Shown here in pieces: positions 25,128 through 34,456 of a stretch of DNA of 64,000 nucleotides. The position numbers were made by a program, and so were the translations under genes. Origin of the DNA: a virus. Position 1 is the stretch's first letter, and every line of letters begins with the position of its first letter. Where the stretch lies: IMG/VR virus record IMGVR_UViG_3300045988_174111, positions 32,001-96,000 of that record; one strand, written 5' to 3'. The notes below the pieces were generated by a model that saw only the letters and a program-made list of their open reading frames with translations, made no database searches and had not been told where the DNA came from.

Positions 25128-26180
25128 TCAAATTTTTATTTCCACTTTATTATAAAAGAAGCTAATTGGGTCGACCGCACCCCTCAAAACTTCTTCGAGA
25201 TATTCCAAATCAATGTTTCCAGGGTCTATTCCTGGCTTCCTAATCGCTGTCACGTACACACGGTCAAACAGTTCCTTCATCTTTAATGCCGACTCTTTGC
25301 TCTCGTTTATAGTTCCAAAATCGTACAGAAGTATGACGTTCTTGATACCTTTCTTGAGCATCATGTTAATCTGTCCTTGACCGATATTATTCCCGAACGT
25401 GAAGCAACACTTAATGTCGTCAAGATGTTGAAGTCCTAAGAGGTTGTCGATATTCACTTTGTCAAAGATGCCCTCAACGATTATGACCGTTTCAGTCTTC
25501 CCCTCTATCAACTCATCGCAACCCCCTAACAGGTCTTGAAAGTTGTTCTCGGAGTTCCTGTAACGTAACACCAAGTCAGCCTCGTGACGCTTGTATGCCT
25601 CAAGATTTTCTTTGTGCCATTCCTTTGAATACCTACTTCTAGCCCACCATGCTACGCACACGCCATCGACTTTCATCTTAAAAATAATGAAATTCTTTAA
25701 TTTTGGCTCTAAGGGGGTATCAGTGTAGGAAGGCTCAAATTCCTCATAATGTTCTTTTTTAAATCCGCGACTGTCCAAATAGGGGTCGTCAACCAACGGC
25801 TTAATTCTTAATGGGAGAACAACAGGCTTTAATTCCTGCTTTGCTTCAGATTCATCAGAATCCATCCATTTTGAATGTTCAACCTGAAGCTCGCCAATTT
25901 TGGGGCAGTCCTCTAATTCATTTAATTTAACTGAATAAGAACGTTTCGTAAGGTCGAGCCTTCCGAGTTTCTTTAAAAATTCAAAAACAGAAACTTTTCT
26001 TGGGCATTTCCAACAGTGGAACGTCGCCCTTCCGTCTTGATTAAATATCACCCCCCATTTTCCCATTTTACCACAAAAGGGGCATGGCATATCCTTATTC
26101 GTCAGCCACCCTTGAGCTCCAAAAGGGGATAAATTAAATTCTGAAATTATACGTTCCTTATCGTACCTCATGTCTATCAA
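25128..26180 (-). CDS. DNA primase (zinc finger plus TOPRIM)
   Basis: 350 aa. CPFCGK...FHCWKCPRK zinc-binding motif. TOPRIM-like VIIVEGIFDKV ... ILLYDFG. Directly downstream of the helicase gene. Confidence 0.65.
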   Translation of the reverse strand: MIDMRYDKERIISEFNLSPFGAQGWLTNKDMPCPFCGKMGKWGVIFNQDGRATFHCWKCPRKVSVFEFLKKLGRLDLTKRSYSVKLNELEDCPKIGELQVEHSKWMDSDESEAKQELKPVVLPLRIKPLVDDPYLDSRGFKKEHYEEFEPSYTDTPLEPKLKNFIIFKMKVDGVCVAWWARSRYSKEWHKENLEAYKRHEADLVLRYRNSENNFQDLLGGCDELIEGKTETVIIVEGIFDKVNIDNLLGLQHLDDIKCCFTFGNNIGQGQINMMLKKGIKNVILLYDFGTINESKESALKMKELFDRVYVTAIRKPGIDPGNIDLEYLEEVLRGAVDPISFFYNKVEIKI

Positions 26181-27782
26181 TTATGAAATTGCCCTTTTTT
26201 GTAAATACTCCTTCAGGGACTGTCTTTCGCTGCGCTTATTTAACGTCTCTTTTGGCTGTCTAACGGAAGAATCACTTTCCCCTGATACTTTTGTACCAAA
26301 CACTCCTGGGGATATCTCAACTCGTTCCTTTTTCTCGCCAACAGCCGAATCACCATTTCCTTTTCTAGAACGCCTGCTTTCCAATTTATCGAGTGCAGAC
26401 ATATCTAAGACTTGCTCAACAGTTGTTGAACGGGGTATGTCGTAGAAAAATCCATTCTCATAATTTGTAGGGATTCTAATTATAATTCCATTATTTCGGT
26501 AATTACGCAATTTATCACAATAAATACGGGCGATATTTTCCTTCCCTTCTTCTATTGTAATATTCCCAGTAAATACAAAGGAAAAAGGCTTAATAAGTGT
26601 TCTATCGCCTTCTGTATTTTGACGAGTAATTACGCGAGTAGGGTCATTCCACACTTCAAGCGGTACGTCCCCAGTCTGTGTTGCAGTTATAACTGCACAA
26701 TCGTATTTCTTTGCGATATCCTTTAATCTCTGAGCGCATTTTTGCAACCGATACTTAATAAAATTCGGGTCAAAATCAATCTTCTTATTTTCACCAGTCA
26801 ATAACAAATCGATTGAATCGACAGTAATTAAATCCGGATAATATCCATACTCTTTTTTATAATCTTCTATAGCCTGAACCAAATCCGCCACAGTCATGTC
26901 CATCATTTCTTCAGACGCATATACATCAATATCACTGTTAACCGTTGCGGCTCTCTTTATTAATGCCGAAATCCTTTGGCGTGTCTCATCTGTGACTTCG
27001 CCTTTCATTATTTTCGAATAAGTGGTATTCGCCAACATTTGGTCAAATTTGACAACCGCTTCATCTAGACCACCCTCCAACTGAAAATGTAAACAGTGAT
27101 TATGCGCAATTGATGTGTTGTACCATGCAAAATACTTCAGAGCTGTTGATTTACCTACTCCGGAACGCATAATTAACAAAACGGTATCCTGACGTGGGAT
27201 TCCCCCATCAGTAAGTTCGTCGATTGTTGTTATACCTGTTGGCATTTTTGCTCTACGAATCTCATCTTCAGCCTTTAATTGTGCGCTTCCAATATTACGA
27301 TAAAAATCTCGATATACGCGAACAAACTTCCCCCGAAACTTGTCCAAGGAAAAAGAATTTATTTCAGACATTCGCTTTTCCAATAAAAGCATAGCTTCCT
27401 CTGGACGCCCTTCATTATACATGTCAGAAATTTCATGCTGAGTTGCAACAAATGTTTGTCTACGAATGAAAGTCTCTAACTGTCGAACCATTGGTTCAAA
27501 ATCAGGAATCTTCAACGCTTTAACTTCAGAAATCTTTTTAGAAACATCTTCATTATTTGGGAAGGTCATTTCAACCATTCCAAATGTAGCAAGACTTCCA
27601 GACTTCTTTAAGGTATCCGAAAGAACTTTTAACATCGCTTTACAGCCTCCTAATTCACGGGGGAAATTACTTAAATCGAGATTATCAACAACCAATTCCG
27701 CAAACTGTTTGTTCGAAAACGCCAATCTAAGCATTTCTTCAACAAAACTTGGACTCAATACTGCGTCAACTTTCTTTGCCAT
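26181..27782 (-). CDS. DnaB-like replicative DNA helicase
   Basis: 533 aa. Walker A LIMRSGVGKSTALKYF, Walker B DLITVDSIDLL, AVITATQT. RecA-like C-terminal domain with a helical N-terminal domain. Confidence 0.75.
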   Translation of the reverse strand: MAKKVDAVLSPSFVEEMLRLAFSNKQFAELVVDNLDLSNFPRELGGCKAMLKVLSDTLKKSGSLATFGMVEMTFPNNEDVSKKISEVKALKIPDFEPMVRQLETFIRRQTFVATQHEISDMYNEGRPEEAMLLLEKRMSEINSFSLDKFRGKFVRVYRDFYRNIGSAQLKAEDEIRRAKMPTGITTIDELTDGGIPRQDTVLLIMRSGVGKSTALKYFAWYNTSIAHNHCLHFQLEGGLDEAVVKFDQMLANTTYSKIMKGEVTDETRQRISALIKRAATVNSDIDVYASEEMMDMTVADLVQAIEDYKKEYGYYPDLITVDSIDLLLTGENKKIDFDPNFIKYRLQKCAQRLKDIAKKYDCAVITATQTGDVPLEVWNDPTRVITRQNTEGDRTLIKPFSFVFTGNITIEEGKENIARIYCDKLRNYRNNGIIIRIPTNYENGFFYDIPRSTTVEQVLDMSALDKLESRRSRKGNGDSAVGEKKERVEISPGVFGTKVSGESDSSVRQPKETLNKRSERQSLKEYLQKRAIS

Positions 27783-27784
27783 AA

Positions 27785-29956
27785 TTATACTGCATCAACT
27801 TTAATCATTAAGGTGCTTTCTCTTAATCTATTAATTGCCATAAAAGAAGAGGAAACCGTATCATCATGCCCACTAATACTTTCGAGAGTTCCCTTGTCAC
27901 TTCTAAATGCAATAGAATTAAATTCTCCAAACATTTGGTCTATTTTTTGAGAAGTGTCCGGATGATAAGGGCATTTAATAGCTCCTCTCTCAAATAACGC
28001 TGCAAGTGACGCCCATCCAGTTCTCAAGTCCTTTTTATTTCCCGAAGTAGTAGTGAACGGAGTAATATTTCTAATGCCCATTTGAACGCACATGTCCGCC
28101 AAAATATTTTGAAACCCATTGTTCTCAACGACAATTTCATTTGGCTTAAATGTTTGATTCAGCAAATTTATCTTCTGAATTTGTTCATTATGAGACAGCC
28201 CCTTTTCTCGGAAAATATACAAAAGATAATAATTTCCTTGGATGTCTTTCCCCCAAACCGTGTAACAGGTATAATCGGCACCAACGTTACCAGATACGGC
28301 AAAGTCACAACCAATAACAACTCTTTGAAGCTTAATAGGAAAAGACTCTATATTCTCAACGAGCCTGACATTTTCCATACCGATTGTGCTTCTCTTTAGT
28401 ATCTCCCAAGGGAAAATCGTACTGTCGTCAGATATAGGTACAACCAAATATTCTCGAGAAAATACGAGAGTCCCAAGAGATGCTTTTTCTTCCATAAGTT
28501 TCTTCCATGTAAAACGGTCTGGAGCTAATAGACGCCCGTCCGGGAAAATTGCTGGGTATTCAAAAACTTTGAATTTGGGGTCTTTTTTAAGTTCCGCGTA
28601 TAAGTCCTCTTGCTGATATGGGGTTCCATCTACAATATTGTATCCATACGGCTCAACGATAGGGGTGATTGCTCCTTTAAACAGGTCTCTAAGTTTTTCT
28701 CTTTGTTCCAAGGAATAAATACTACTTTCGTCCGGCAAGTCATCACTCACTGCCGCCCCAACATGAAGCCCTCGAATAAACCCGTCCTTTCCGCGCAAAT
28801 GAAGCTTCGTTCCATTTTCGCATTCTATACTAGTTGCGGCCAAAGAAGCCTTTCCAGTAGGATTCAACTTTGCTGCTAAAGCCTCGTTTACTCGAATTTC
28901 CTCAACAACTTTGTCAATGTGCTGTTTACCCAGCTTCTCCGTGTTGGTGATAATACAGGTTTCCTGACGATTCTTATTATCGGGAATGTCAGGTCTCATA
29001 AACGTTGGTCGTCTATAACTGTACAACCTCCACAATGGAAATGCCATGCAAAACTCATAAGAGTTGTGAACAACGGTTCCGTCTTCCAACTGGAATATAT
29101 GGTCTCCGTCGCACATAAAACCATAATAGGATTCTTCCCCTATGGGTTCAACACGTATATTCCCTCTTTCGAAGACAGGCTTATCGTAGGAAAAAACCCT
29201 ATACCCCTGGAATCTTCTTTGTTTCTTCACAGGATACTTCAAGAATTGCCCCATCTCAATTTCAACATATTTTTTCTTCTTTGTATCCCACAGGCATAAA
29301 ATGTGCGCTCGATTTACAGCATAAGGCATTCCATTTTCCTGTTCGACTCTGAACATCTGTGAACGCCCAATATGACGTGTCAAAACTTTTCTCGGGGTAA
29401 AATCAACGCCCATCACCTCCATTCCTGGATAAATGTCCTCAACATTTTTCACCGAAAAATCTGACATTAAAATTCTTGTCCCCCTCGCAAAACATTTTCC
29501 GTGGGAACGGGCAGCAAGATAAGCACTATTCGGATAGAGCTGTACCATGTTTCCCCACTCAAGATTTCTCCACCCCTGACGGAAGTTCGGAAGCATTGTC
29601 GTCTTGAAATAATTATAGGACTGAATTTTTAAAGTTTCATCCATAGACTCTTCTAATTGGTCTATATAATCAAGACGTTCTGTTTCTAAAGTTGAATTTA
29701 ACGTCAGTACATTATTTGTTTGGATAAAAATTTCTGATAAAAGGGAATCAATATCGCCTGAATATCCGTTAACTAGCTGATTTATTGCAACTGGCGGCAA
29801 AGACTCTATCACATTAAATGCGGTAGAAAAAACTGTATCAAGCTGCTTATATGACAATTTTGAATCTTCATTAAAATGTATCATATCACACCAACTGAAA
29901 TCCTTCTCTGAATCTTGATTCTTTTTTCGTTGACGCCACAGGGGTAGAAACTCCAA
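27785..29956 (-). CDS. terL: Terminase large subunit, interrupted by a mini-intein in the Walker A motif
   Basis: Walker A split as ARSHGK|...|SYEF. Also AAVSDDLPDE, IVDGTPYQ, and nuclease motifs VIGCDFAVSG...DYTCYTVWG, VENNGFQ, GHDDTVSS. The ATG at 29884 (Met25) would avoid a 71-nt overlap and may be the true start. Confidence 0.85.
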   Translation of the reverse strand: MEFLPLWRQRKKNQDSEKDFSWCDMIHFNEDSKLSYKQLDTVFSTAFNVIESLPPVAINQLVNGYSGDIDSLLSEIFIQTNNVLTLNSTLETERLDYIDQLEESMDETLKIQSYNYFKTTMLPNFRQGWRNLEWGNMVQLYPNSAYLAARSHGKCFARGTRILMSDFSVKNVEDIYPGMEVMGVDFTPRKVLTRHIGRSQMFRVEQENGMPYAVNRAHILCLWDTKKKKYVEIEMGQFLKYPVKKQRRFQGYRVFSYDKPVFERGNIRVEPIGEESYYGFMCDGDHIFQLEDGTVVHNSYEFCMAFPLWRLYSYRRPTFMRPDIPDNKNRQETCIITNTEKLGKQHIDKVVEEIRVNEALAAKLNPTGKASLAATSIECENGTKLHLRGKDGFIRGLHVGAAVSDDLPDESSIYSLEQREKLRDLFKGAITPIVEPYGYNIVDGTPYQQEDLYAELKKDPKFKVFEYPAIFPDGRLLAPDRFTWKKLMEEKASLGTLVFSREYLVVPISDDSTIFPWEILKRSTIGMENVRLVENIESFPIKLQRVVIGCDFAVSGNVGADYTCYTVWGKDIQGNYYLLYIFREKGLSHNEQIQKINLLNQTFKPNEIVVENNGFQNILADMCVQMGIRNITPFTTTSGNKKDLRTGWASLAALFERGAIKCPYHPDTSQKIDQMFGEFNSIAFRSDKGTLESISGHDDTVSSSFMAINRLRESTLMIKVDAV
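29063..29494 (-). mobile_element. Mini-intein (144 aa, TerL residues 155-298), no endonuclease domain
   Basis: Starts CFARGTRILMSD, has block B-like NRAHILC, and ends GTVVHN followed by Ser. Excision restores RSHGKSYEF. Boundary codons checked on the nucleotide sequence. Confidence 0.8.
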
Positions 29957-30560
29957 CCCCTCGGAACTTCTCTATGTATTTTAACATAAGAAGGGCATTC
30001 GCTCTTGTATCATTCAACGCCCTATGAGCGTCAACAAGTTCGACCCCTTCAAGTCGGCAACAGGTTCCAAGCTTATAATTTTCCTGCTCAACTGCCCTAT
30101 ACCATGATAATTTCATAGTGTCCTCTACGAACTTCACATATTCCCATAAAGAATCTCCATAAAATTCAAACAAGCCTTCAAAAAAGGGTATATCAAACAG
30201 TTGAAAATTATGCCCGCATAAAATTGAACCAATTCGCGGATTTTTATATTTAACCAAAAAGGACTTTACTTTTTGGTAAACTTCTTTCGCGTTTTGGCCA
30301 TTTTCCTTCAAATTTGAAACTGAAAGGCCATGAACTTTCTCAGCTTCAGGATTATATTCAAGTCCGTCTTTGTAAGGCTGAATAATTGCATCGTACTCAT
30401 CAACAATTTTCAAGGCATTCAAATCAATCACAACTAATGCAATTTCACATAATGCAACATCGAAAAAAGCCTTCTTTTCTGGCTTTCCTTTAGAAGCCTT
30501 GCTTGGAAGCCCACCTGTTTCGGTATCTGCAACTATCATATAATTAGCAGTCGTTTTCAT
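29886..30560 (-). CDS. DnaQ-like DEDDh 3'-5' exonuclease (probable proofreading subunit)
   Basis: 224 aa. ExoI MIVADTETGGL, ExoII GHNFQLFDIPFF, ExoIII HRALNDTRAN. Confidence 0.85.
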   Translation of the reverse strand: MKTTANYMIVADTETGGLPSKASKGKPEKKAFFDVALCEIALVVIDLNALKIVDEYDAIIQPYKDGLEYNPEAEKVHGLSVSNLKENGQNAKEVYQKVKSFLVKYKNPRIGSILCGHNFQLFDIPFFEGLFEFYGDSLWEYVKFVEDTMKLSWYRAVEQENYKLGTCCRLEGVELVDAHRALNDTRANALLMLKYIEKFRGVGVSTPVASTKKESRFREGFQLV

Positions 30561-30577
30561 ATAAAAATTATTTTATT

Positions 30578-30832
30578 TTAATCAATTAAATCTTTCAAAG
30601 CCTGTAAGTCCTCGTCCCTTTCATCAATATTTGAATAGACTAAGACTAAATTAATAACGGGATTTTTATCCCCTTTCAGCCCTAATGGGAAATCATTTAA
30701 TACGATAGTTGGTTCTCCTTCATCGGTTAAATCACCCCTGAACTGTATAATATAATTTTTCCTAATTATTTGTTTGCTTTTATCGCGAAATTCGAATAAA
30801 AGCTTTCTTTTAGGTTCTTCCATAACTAACAC
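30578..30832 (-). CDS. hypothetical protein (84 aa)
   Basis: ORF in the array. No motif recognised. Confidence 0.5.
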   Translation of the reverse strand: MLVMEEPKRKLLFEFRDKSKQIIRKNYIIQFRGDLTDEGEPTIVLNDFPLGLKGDKNPVINLVLVYSNIDERDEDLQALKDLID

Positions 30833-31224
30833 GTTTTTCGTTTTCCAAATTCATATTTTTGGTGACATTCTTCACAAGTCAATTCAATGTTACTCTTCTC
30901 AAGCCTTAACTCCGGATGAGCACCCTTAGACTTAATGTGACTAAAGTAAATTGGTTTAAGCGGTTCTAAGAGACGTTTCCCACAATGCGTACAAATGTGA
31001 GGACGCTCCGCCCATATTTCCTTAAAGAGAGCCAATTCACCCGTTGCGCGTCGCATTTTAGGTTTCTTTGCTTTACTTTTTTCAGCCCGAACTTCAGCCC
31101 TAGACATCCCTTCGTGAAGCCTCCTGTAATTACAGTCATCGCAAAGGCATTTTGTTCGATTTACAATAAACCTATATTTTCCACACTTCTTACATATTTG
31201 ATATCTTTCAATCGTCTTTGTCAT
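30826..31224 (-). CDS. HNH/NinG-like zinc-binding nuclease
   Basis: 132 aa. CKKCGK...CDDC, CTHCGK, then SHIKSKGAHPELRLEKSNIELTCEECH (H-N-H spacing with flanking Cys pairs). Confidence 0.55.
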   Translation of the reverse strand: MTKTIERYQICKKCGKYRFIVNRTKCLCDDCNYRRLHEGMSRAEVRAEKSKAKKPKMRRATGELALFKEIWAERPHICTHCGKRLLEPLKPIYFSHIKSKGAHPELRLEKSNIELTCEECHQKYEFGKRKTC

Positions 31225-31867
31225 AGTTATTTGTACGCATTACTTTCCTTATTGTAACGTTCGACCCACTTAATTGTTTAGCCTCTTCTGGGCTTTTTTC
31301 GGCTAGCAAAATATTTTTTAATAAAGTTTTCCCGTCTTTACACCTCGAAAACAATATTTCGCAATCCTTTTTAAAAGGACATGAAAAACATATTTCATCA
31401 TCAGGATGATAGGAATCCTCTCCGAACTTTGCTATACAAAAATTTGGACCTGAAATTCTTGACATTCGTAGCTTTTCTTTCCTAAAAACTTCTTCTGAAA
31501 TAGGTGTGTAACTTTGGGAAATTACAGGGTTCCTAAACCCATTCTCTTTTGCCCAATCCCTTGAATGCCATTTTGCTTCATCAGAATAATCATTCCAACG
31601 TCTCCAAGCTTCTTTTCCCATAAACCAACTTGGCATTGGTTTTTGCTTATGGCCTTGTTCTGAAAATACATAGAATTGGAAAACCAAAAAATTCCAAATA
31701 AAATCTGCTCCTGCCGTTGACGGTAAACTTTGTAAAAAAGAAACAACCGCAGAACGATGTAACGGTTTATCCATCTTCAAAGTTCTGGGCTGTTTCTTTA
31801 CTTTCATTTGCAGATATTCGTATATTCTTAGAACTATTTTTAAAGTTTCATTGTGTGAATATAGCAT
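31208..31867 (-). CDS. hypothetical protein (219 aa)
   Basis: ORF in the array. Trp-rich (WRRWNDYSDEAKWHSRDW). No family recognised. Confidence 0.5.
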   Translation of the reverse strand: MLYSHNETLKIVLRIYEYLQMKVKKQPRTLKMDKPLHRSAVVSFLQSLPSTAGADFIWNFLVFQFYVFSEQGHKQKPMPSWFMGKEAWRRWNDYSDEAKWHSRDWAKENGFRNPVISQSYTPISEEVFRKEKLRMSRISGPNFCIAKFGEDSYHPDDEICFSCPFKKDCEILFSRCKDGKTLLKNILLAEKSPEEAKQLSGSNVTIRKVMRTNNYDKDD

Positions 31868-31877
31868 ACTTCAAATT

Positions 31878-32447
31878 CTATTCCCAATCAATAATTACGT
31901 TAACAGACTCCTGCATAGGGTGAGTCACAGGTTTATAACGTCTTCCTGTGGGGTCAGCTGGGTCTGGCTCGCAAACTAAATTGTATTGCTCTTTAGCCTT
32001 GTCTATATCAACATGTCTACAAATCCACAGCCCTATTTCATCCCCTGCTTCCAAATTTCCGATTTCTAATATTGCATCGTCTGTCATATCAATGAATTTT
32101 GCTCTAAACGGTTTATTTGTTGGCGCAATAACATTCTCCATTGATTTTTGATTGTATTTATTTACAATATTCATCTCACCAACAGCCATTTTATAGGAAC
32201 AGATAGCATGTTCTTCCCGACTTATTTTTATTGTAATATTTTGGCATGGCTCGTTAAATTCATTCTTAATGACTATCGCACGATACTCGTCTCTTTCAGA
32301 CTTCATTGTCATTAATGATATTTCATCAAAAATATTACTAAAATCATCGTTCGAAACAGGGGTTTTTGATTTAAAACCCCCTAAAGAACGTTCTGGATTT
32401 GGCTGTTCAGCATTATATCCTGTTGTTGTGGTATAATATAATTTCAT
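31878..32447 (-). CDS. hypothetical protein (189 aa), possibly virion-associated
   Basis: ORF between the GIY-YIG gene and the replication block. N-terminal YNAEQPNPERSLGGFKS. No confident family. Confidence 0.5.
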   Translation of the reverse strand: MKLYYTTTTGYNAEQPNPERSLGGFKSKTPVSNDDFSNIFDEISLMTMKSERDEYRAIVIKNEFNEPCQNITIKISREEHAICSYKMAVGEMNIVNKYNQKSMENVIAPTNKPFRAKFIDMTDDAILEIGNLEAGDEIGLWICRHVDIDKAKEQYNLVCEPDPADPTGRRYKPVTHPMQESVNVIIDWE

Positions 32448-32451
32448 TTCA

Positions 32452-33048
32452 TTATGAATTTAATTTATTTTTCAAATATCTTTGCCTCGCTTCCGAAAGT
32501 TTCTTTCGATGCTCATCAGTAAATTTCTTTCCAAAGAAATGATGGTTCTCCCCACGCTTCTTTTCAGAAATACGTTTTCTTGAATCTTCTGAATGAGTTC
32601 TATGATAAAAGGGGTTCTTCTCACCTATCTTTGATTCTGACAGTTTCTTCCTCTGTTCAGCAGATAAATTTTCACGACGTTTTGCTTCAGAAATTTTCTT
32701 CTTGGCTTCTTCAGACATTTTCAATCCCACAGTTCCTTTATCTCCACCATCTGTCGAATTATACCCGTCAATCTTAGTGTTGAACCGCTTTATAAGCCTC
32801 ATTTCAACGTAGTCAAGTTTCTTCTTCAGAATCTCTTTCGTAGGAGCGGAAACAGTCAAAACCTCTTCAACGATAAAGTTCTCCGCACCATACTTTCGAA
32901 TGGCTCTGTGGAACTTATGATTTGAACCTTTCTTAGAACTACTCAAATGTCGAACCCATCTATCTCCAATAGGAGTCACCGTCTGACCAAAGTACAGTTT
33001 CCCAGTGAGCAGACAGGTGACGCAATATATGTGGCCGACACTTTTCAT
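32452..33048 (-). CDS. Free-standing GIY-YIG homing endonuclease (I-TevI-like, with NUMOD3-type repeats)
   Basis: 198 aa. GHIYCVT...GKLYFGQT (GIY-YIG), R/H core. Three K/R-rich repeats: SEEAKKKISEAKR, SAEQRKKLSESKIGEKNPFY, HSEDSRKRISEKKRGENHHFFGKKFTDEHRKKLSEA. Confidence 0.8.
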   Translation of the reverse strand: MKSVGHIYCVTCLLTGKLYFGQTVTPIGDRWVRHLSSSKKGSNHKFHRAIRKYGAENFIVEEVLTVSAPTKEILKKKLDYVEMRLIKRFNTKIDGYNSTDGGDKGTVGLKMSEEAKKKISEAKRRENLSAEQRKKLSESKIGEKNPFYHRTHSEDSRKRISEKKRGENHHFFGKKFTDEHRKKLSEARQRYLKNKLNS

Positions 33049-34433
33049 TATCCTTCATTCACCTTTACCATGACGCCTTCATATTCACCAGTTCCGGCTT
33101 GAGTCGGTACGGTAAACAGTTCATATCCTCCGTCAGCAGTCTTAGTTTCGAAGTCCCAAAAATCATCTTGAGTATCTTCAACGAATTCAGCCACATAAAC
33201 TTCATCTGCTTGTGCAACGACATTTTGTACAGCAATTTGATTATATGGGGAATCATCTCTAAGCCATCGTGAAAAGCGATAACCCGCTGCGGCTTGAGCA
33301 CATATCTGAACTGAAGTCCCAATGGGCACGGAAATAGAATCTTCAGCTTTATTAATTGTCGTAGAATTATTAATTGAAACTCCCCCTTGAGAAGTCCCTC
33401 CATCTGAAGTCCTTACAGTAATTTCCACTTCCCTTCCTGGCTCGGTGTCTTCTTCCAAAACAATATTAAGAGTTTCATCTTTATTAGAGACTAGCAAATT
33501 TCCAGTCTTCGTGATATATCCAGGTTTTGACACTGACCATGCCAATGTTCTTCCGCTAACTGCTTGAACAGTGTTGGTAGTAACTCCGTCTATAATGACT
33601 TGTGCATCCGCAGGAGTAGGGTTGATAAATATCGTATAAGTTTCACTTCCCGACCCCCCAGAACCTCCTAAAGACCAATATTGAGTGCGTTCATCAAGAA
33701 TCGTAATTGAACCTCCATTATTCCTTAATCGTGCAATATAATATTCATTATCTTCTTTATGAGGCATTGTTCCCTCAGAAGGTTCTTCAATTAATTCTAA
33801 TTTATAGGAATCAAAAGTGTATAGACCTTCTAATTGCTCATCGGTAAATCTTTGCCCCATTGGAATACTTCCAAGAACAATGACCCTTAATTGACTTTCG
33901 GCTTGAAAAGATACCCCTCCAGAGAGGATAATATTATTATCATTGATAATGTCAACAACTTGATAGACTTTGTCATTAAGAGGCTTAGAACCATCATCTT
34001 TGACAAATCTAATGCAAGTCGGAACACCTGAACTTTGACCTCTTACAATTCCATTAAAACGAACTGTTCCAGAAACATTTCCCGATGTATCAACTTGAAC
34101 ATAGCCATTCTCATAATTCCTAGAATCAGGCTTAACTTTTAGCCAATAATACTTTTGGTCATTTGGAATAGGGAAATCAATCTGATTTTCAACTTTATAC
34201 GCTTTCAAATCCGAACCAATGACATATCCGCCAAGAATATTCACGGCTCCAATTGTCGTAGACGCCATTACTTTAAATGCCCCACCAGCTTTTCCTCCAG
34301 GAGACACCAAACCAAAAGAAATCGAAGCCGCAAAAATTGCTGAAACTTCAGATTTTTCGGAAAGAAACCCTATCATTCGGGTCAGTTCTTCTTTTTCAAG
34401 AAAAGTTCCTCTATGAATATTTATTTTGCTCAT
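33048..34433 (-). CDS. tail fibre / distal baseplate protein (461 aa)
   Basis: Lies in the baseplate-fibre block. The C-terminal part carries a Listeria-Bacteroides-type repeat (AAGYRFSRWLRDD) and beta-rich Thr/Gly segments. Confidence 0.4.
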   Translation of the reverse strand: MSKINIHRGTFLEKEELTRMIGFLSEKSEVSAIFAASISFGLVSPGGKAGGAFKVMASTTIGAVNILGGYVIGSDLKAYKVENQIDFPIPNDQKYYWLKVKPDSRNYENGYVQVDTSGNVSGTVRFNGIVRGQSSGVPTCIRFVKDDGSKPLNDKVYQVVDIINDNNIILSGGVSFQAESQLRVIVLGSIPMGQRFTDEQLEGLYTFDSYKLELIEEPSEGTMPHKEDNEYYIARLRNNGGSITILDERTQYWSLGGSGGSGSETYTIFINPTPADAQVIIDGVTTNTVQAVSGRTLAWSVSKPGYITKTGNLLVSNKDETLNIVLEEDTEPGREVEITVRTSDGGTSQGGVSINNSTTINKAEDSISVPIGTSVQICAQAAAGYRFSRWLRDDSPYNQIAVQNVVAQADEVYVAEFVEDTQDDFWDFETKTADGGYELFTVPTQAGTGEYEGVMVKVNEG

Positions 34434-34456
34434 AATTAAAATATTTTGTTCGAAAT

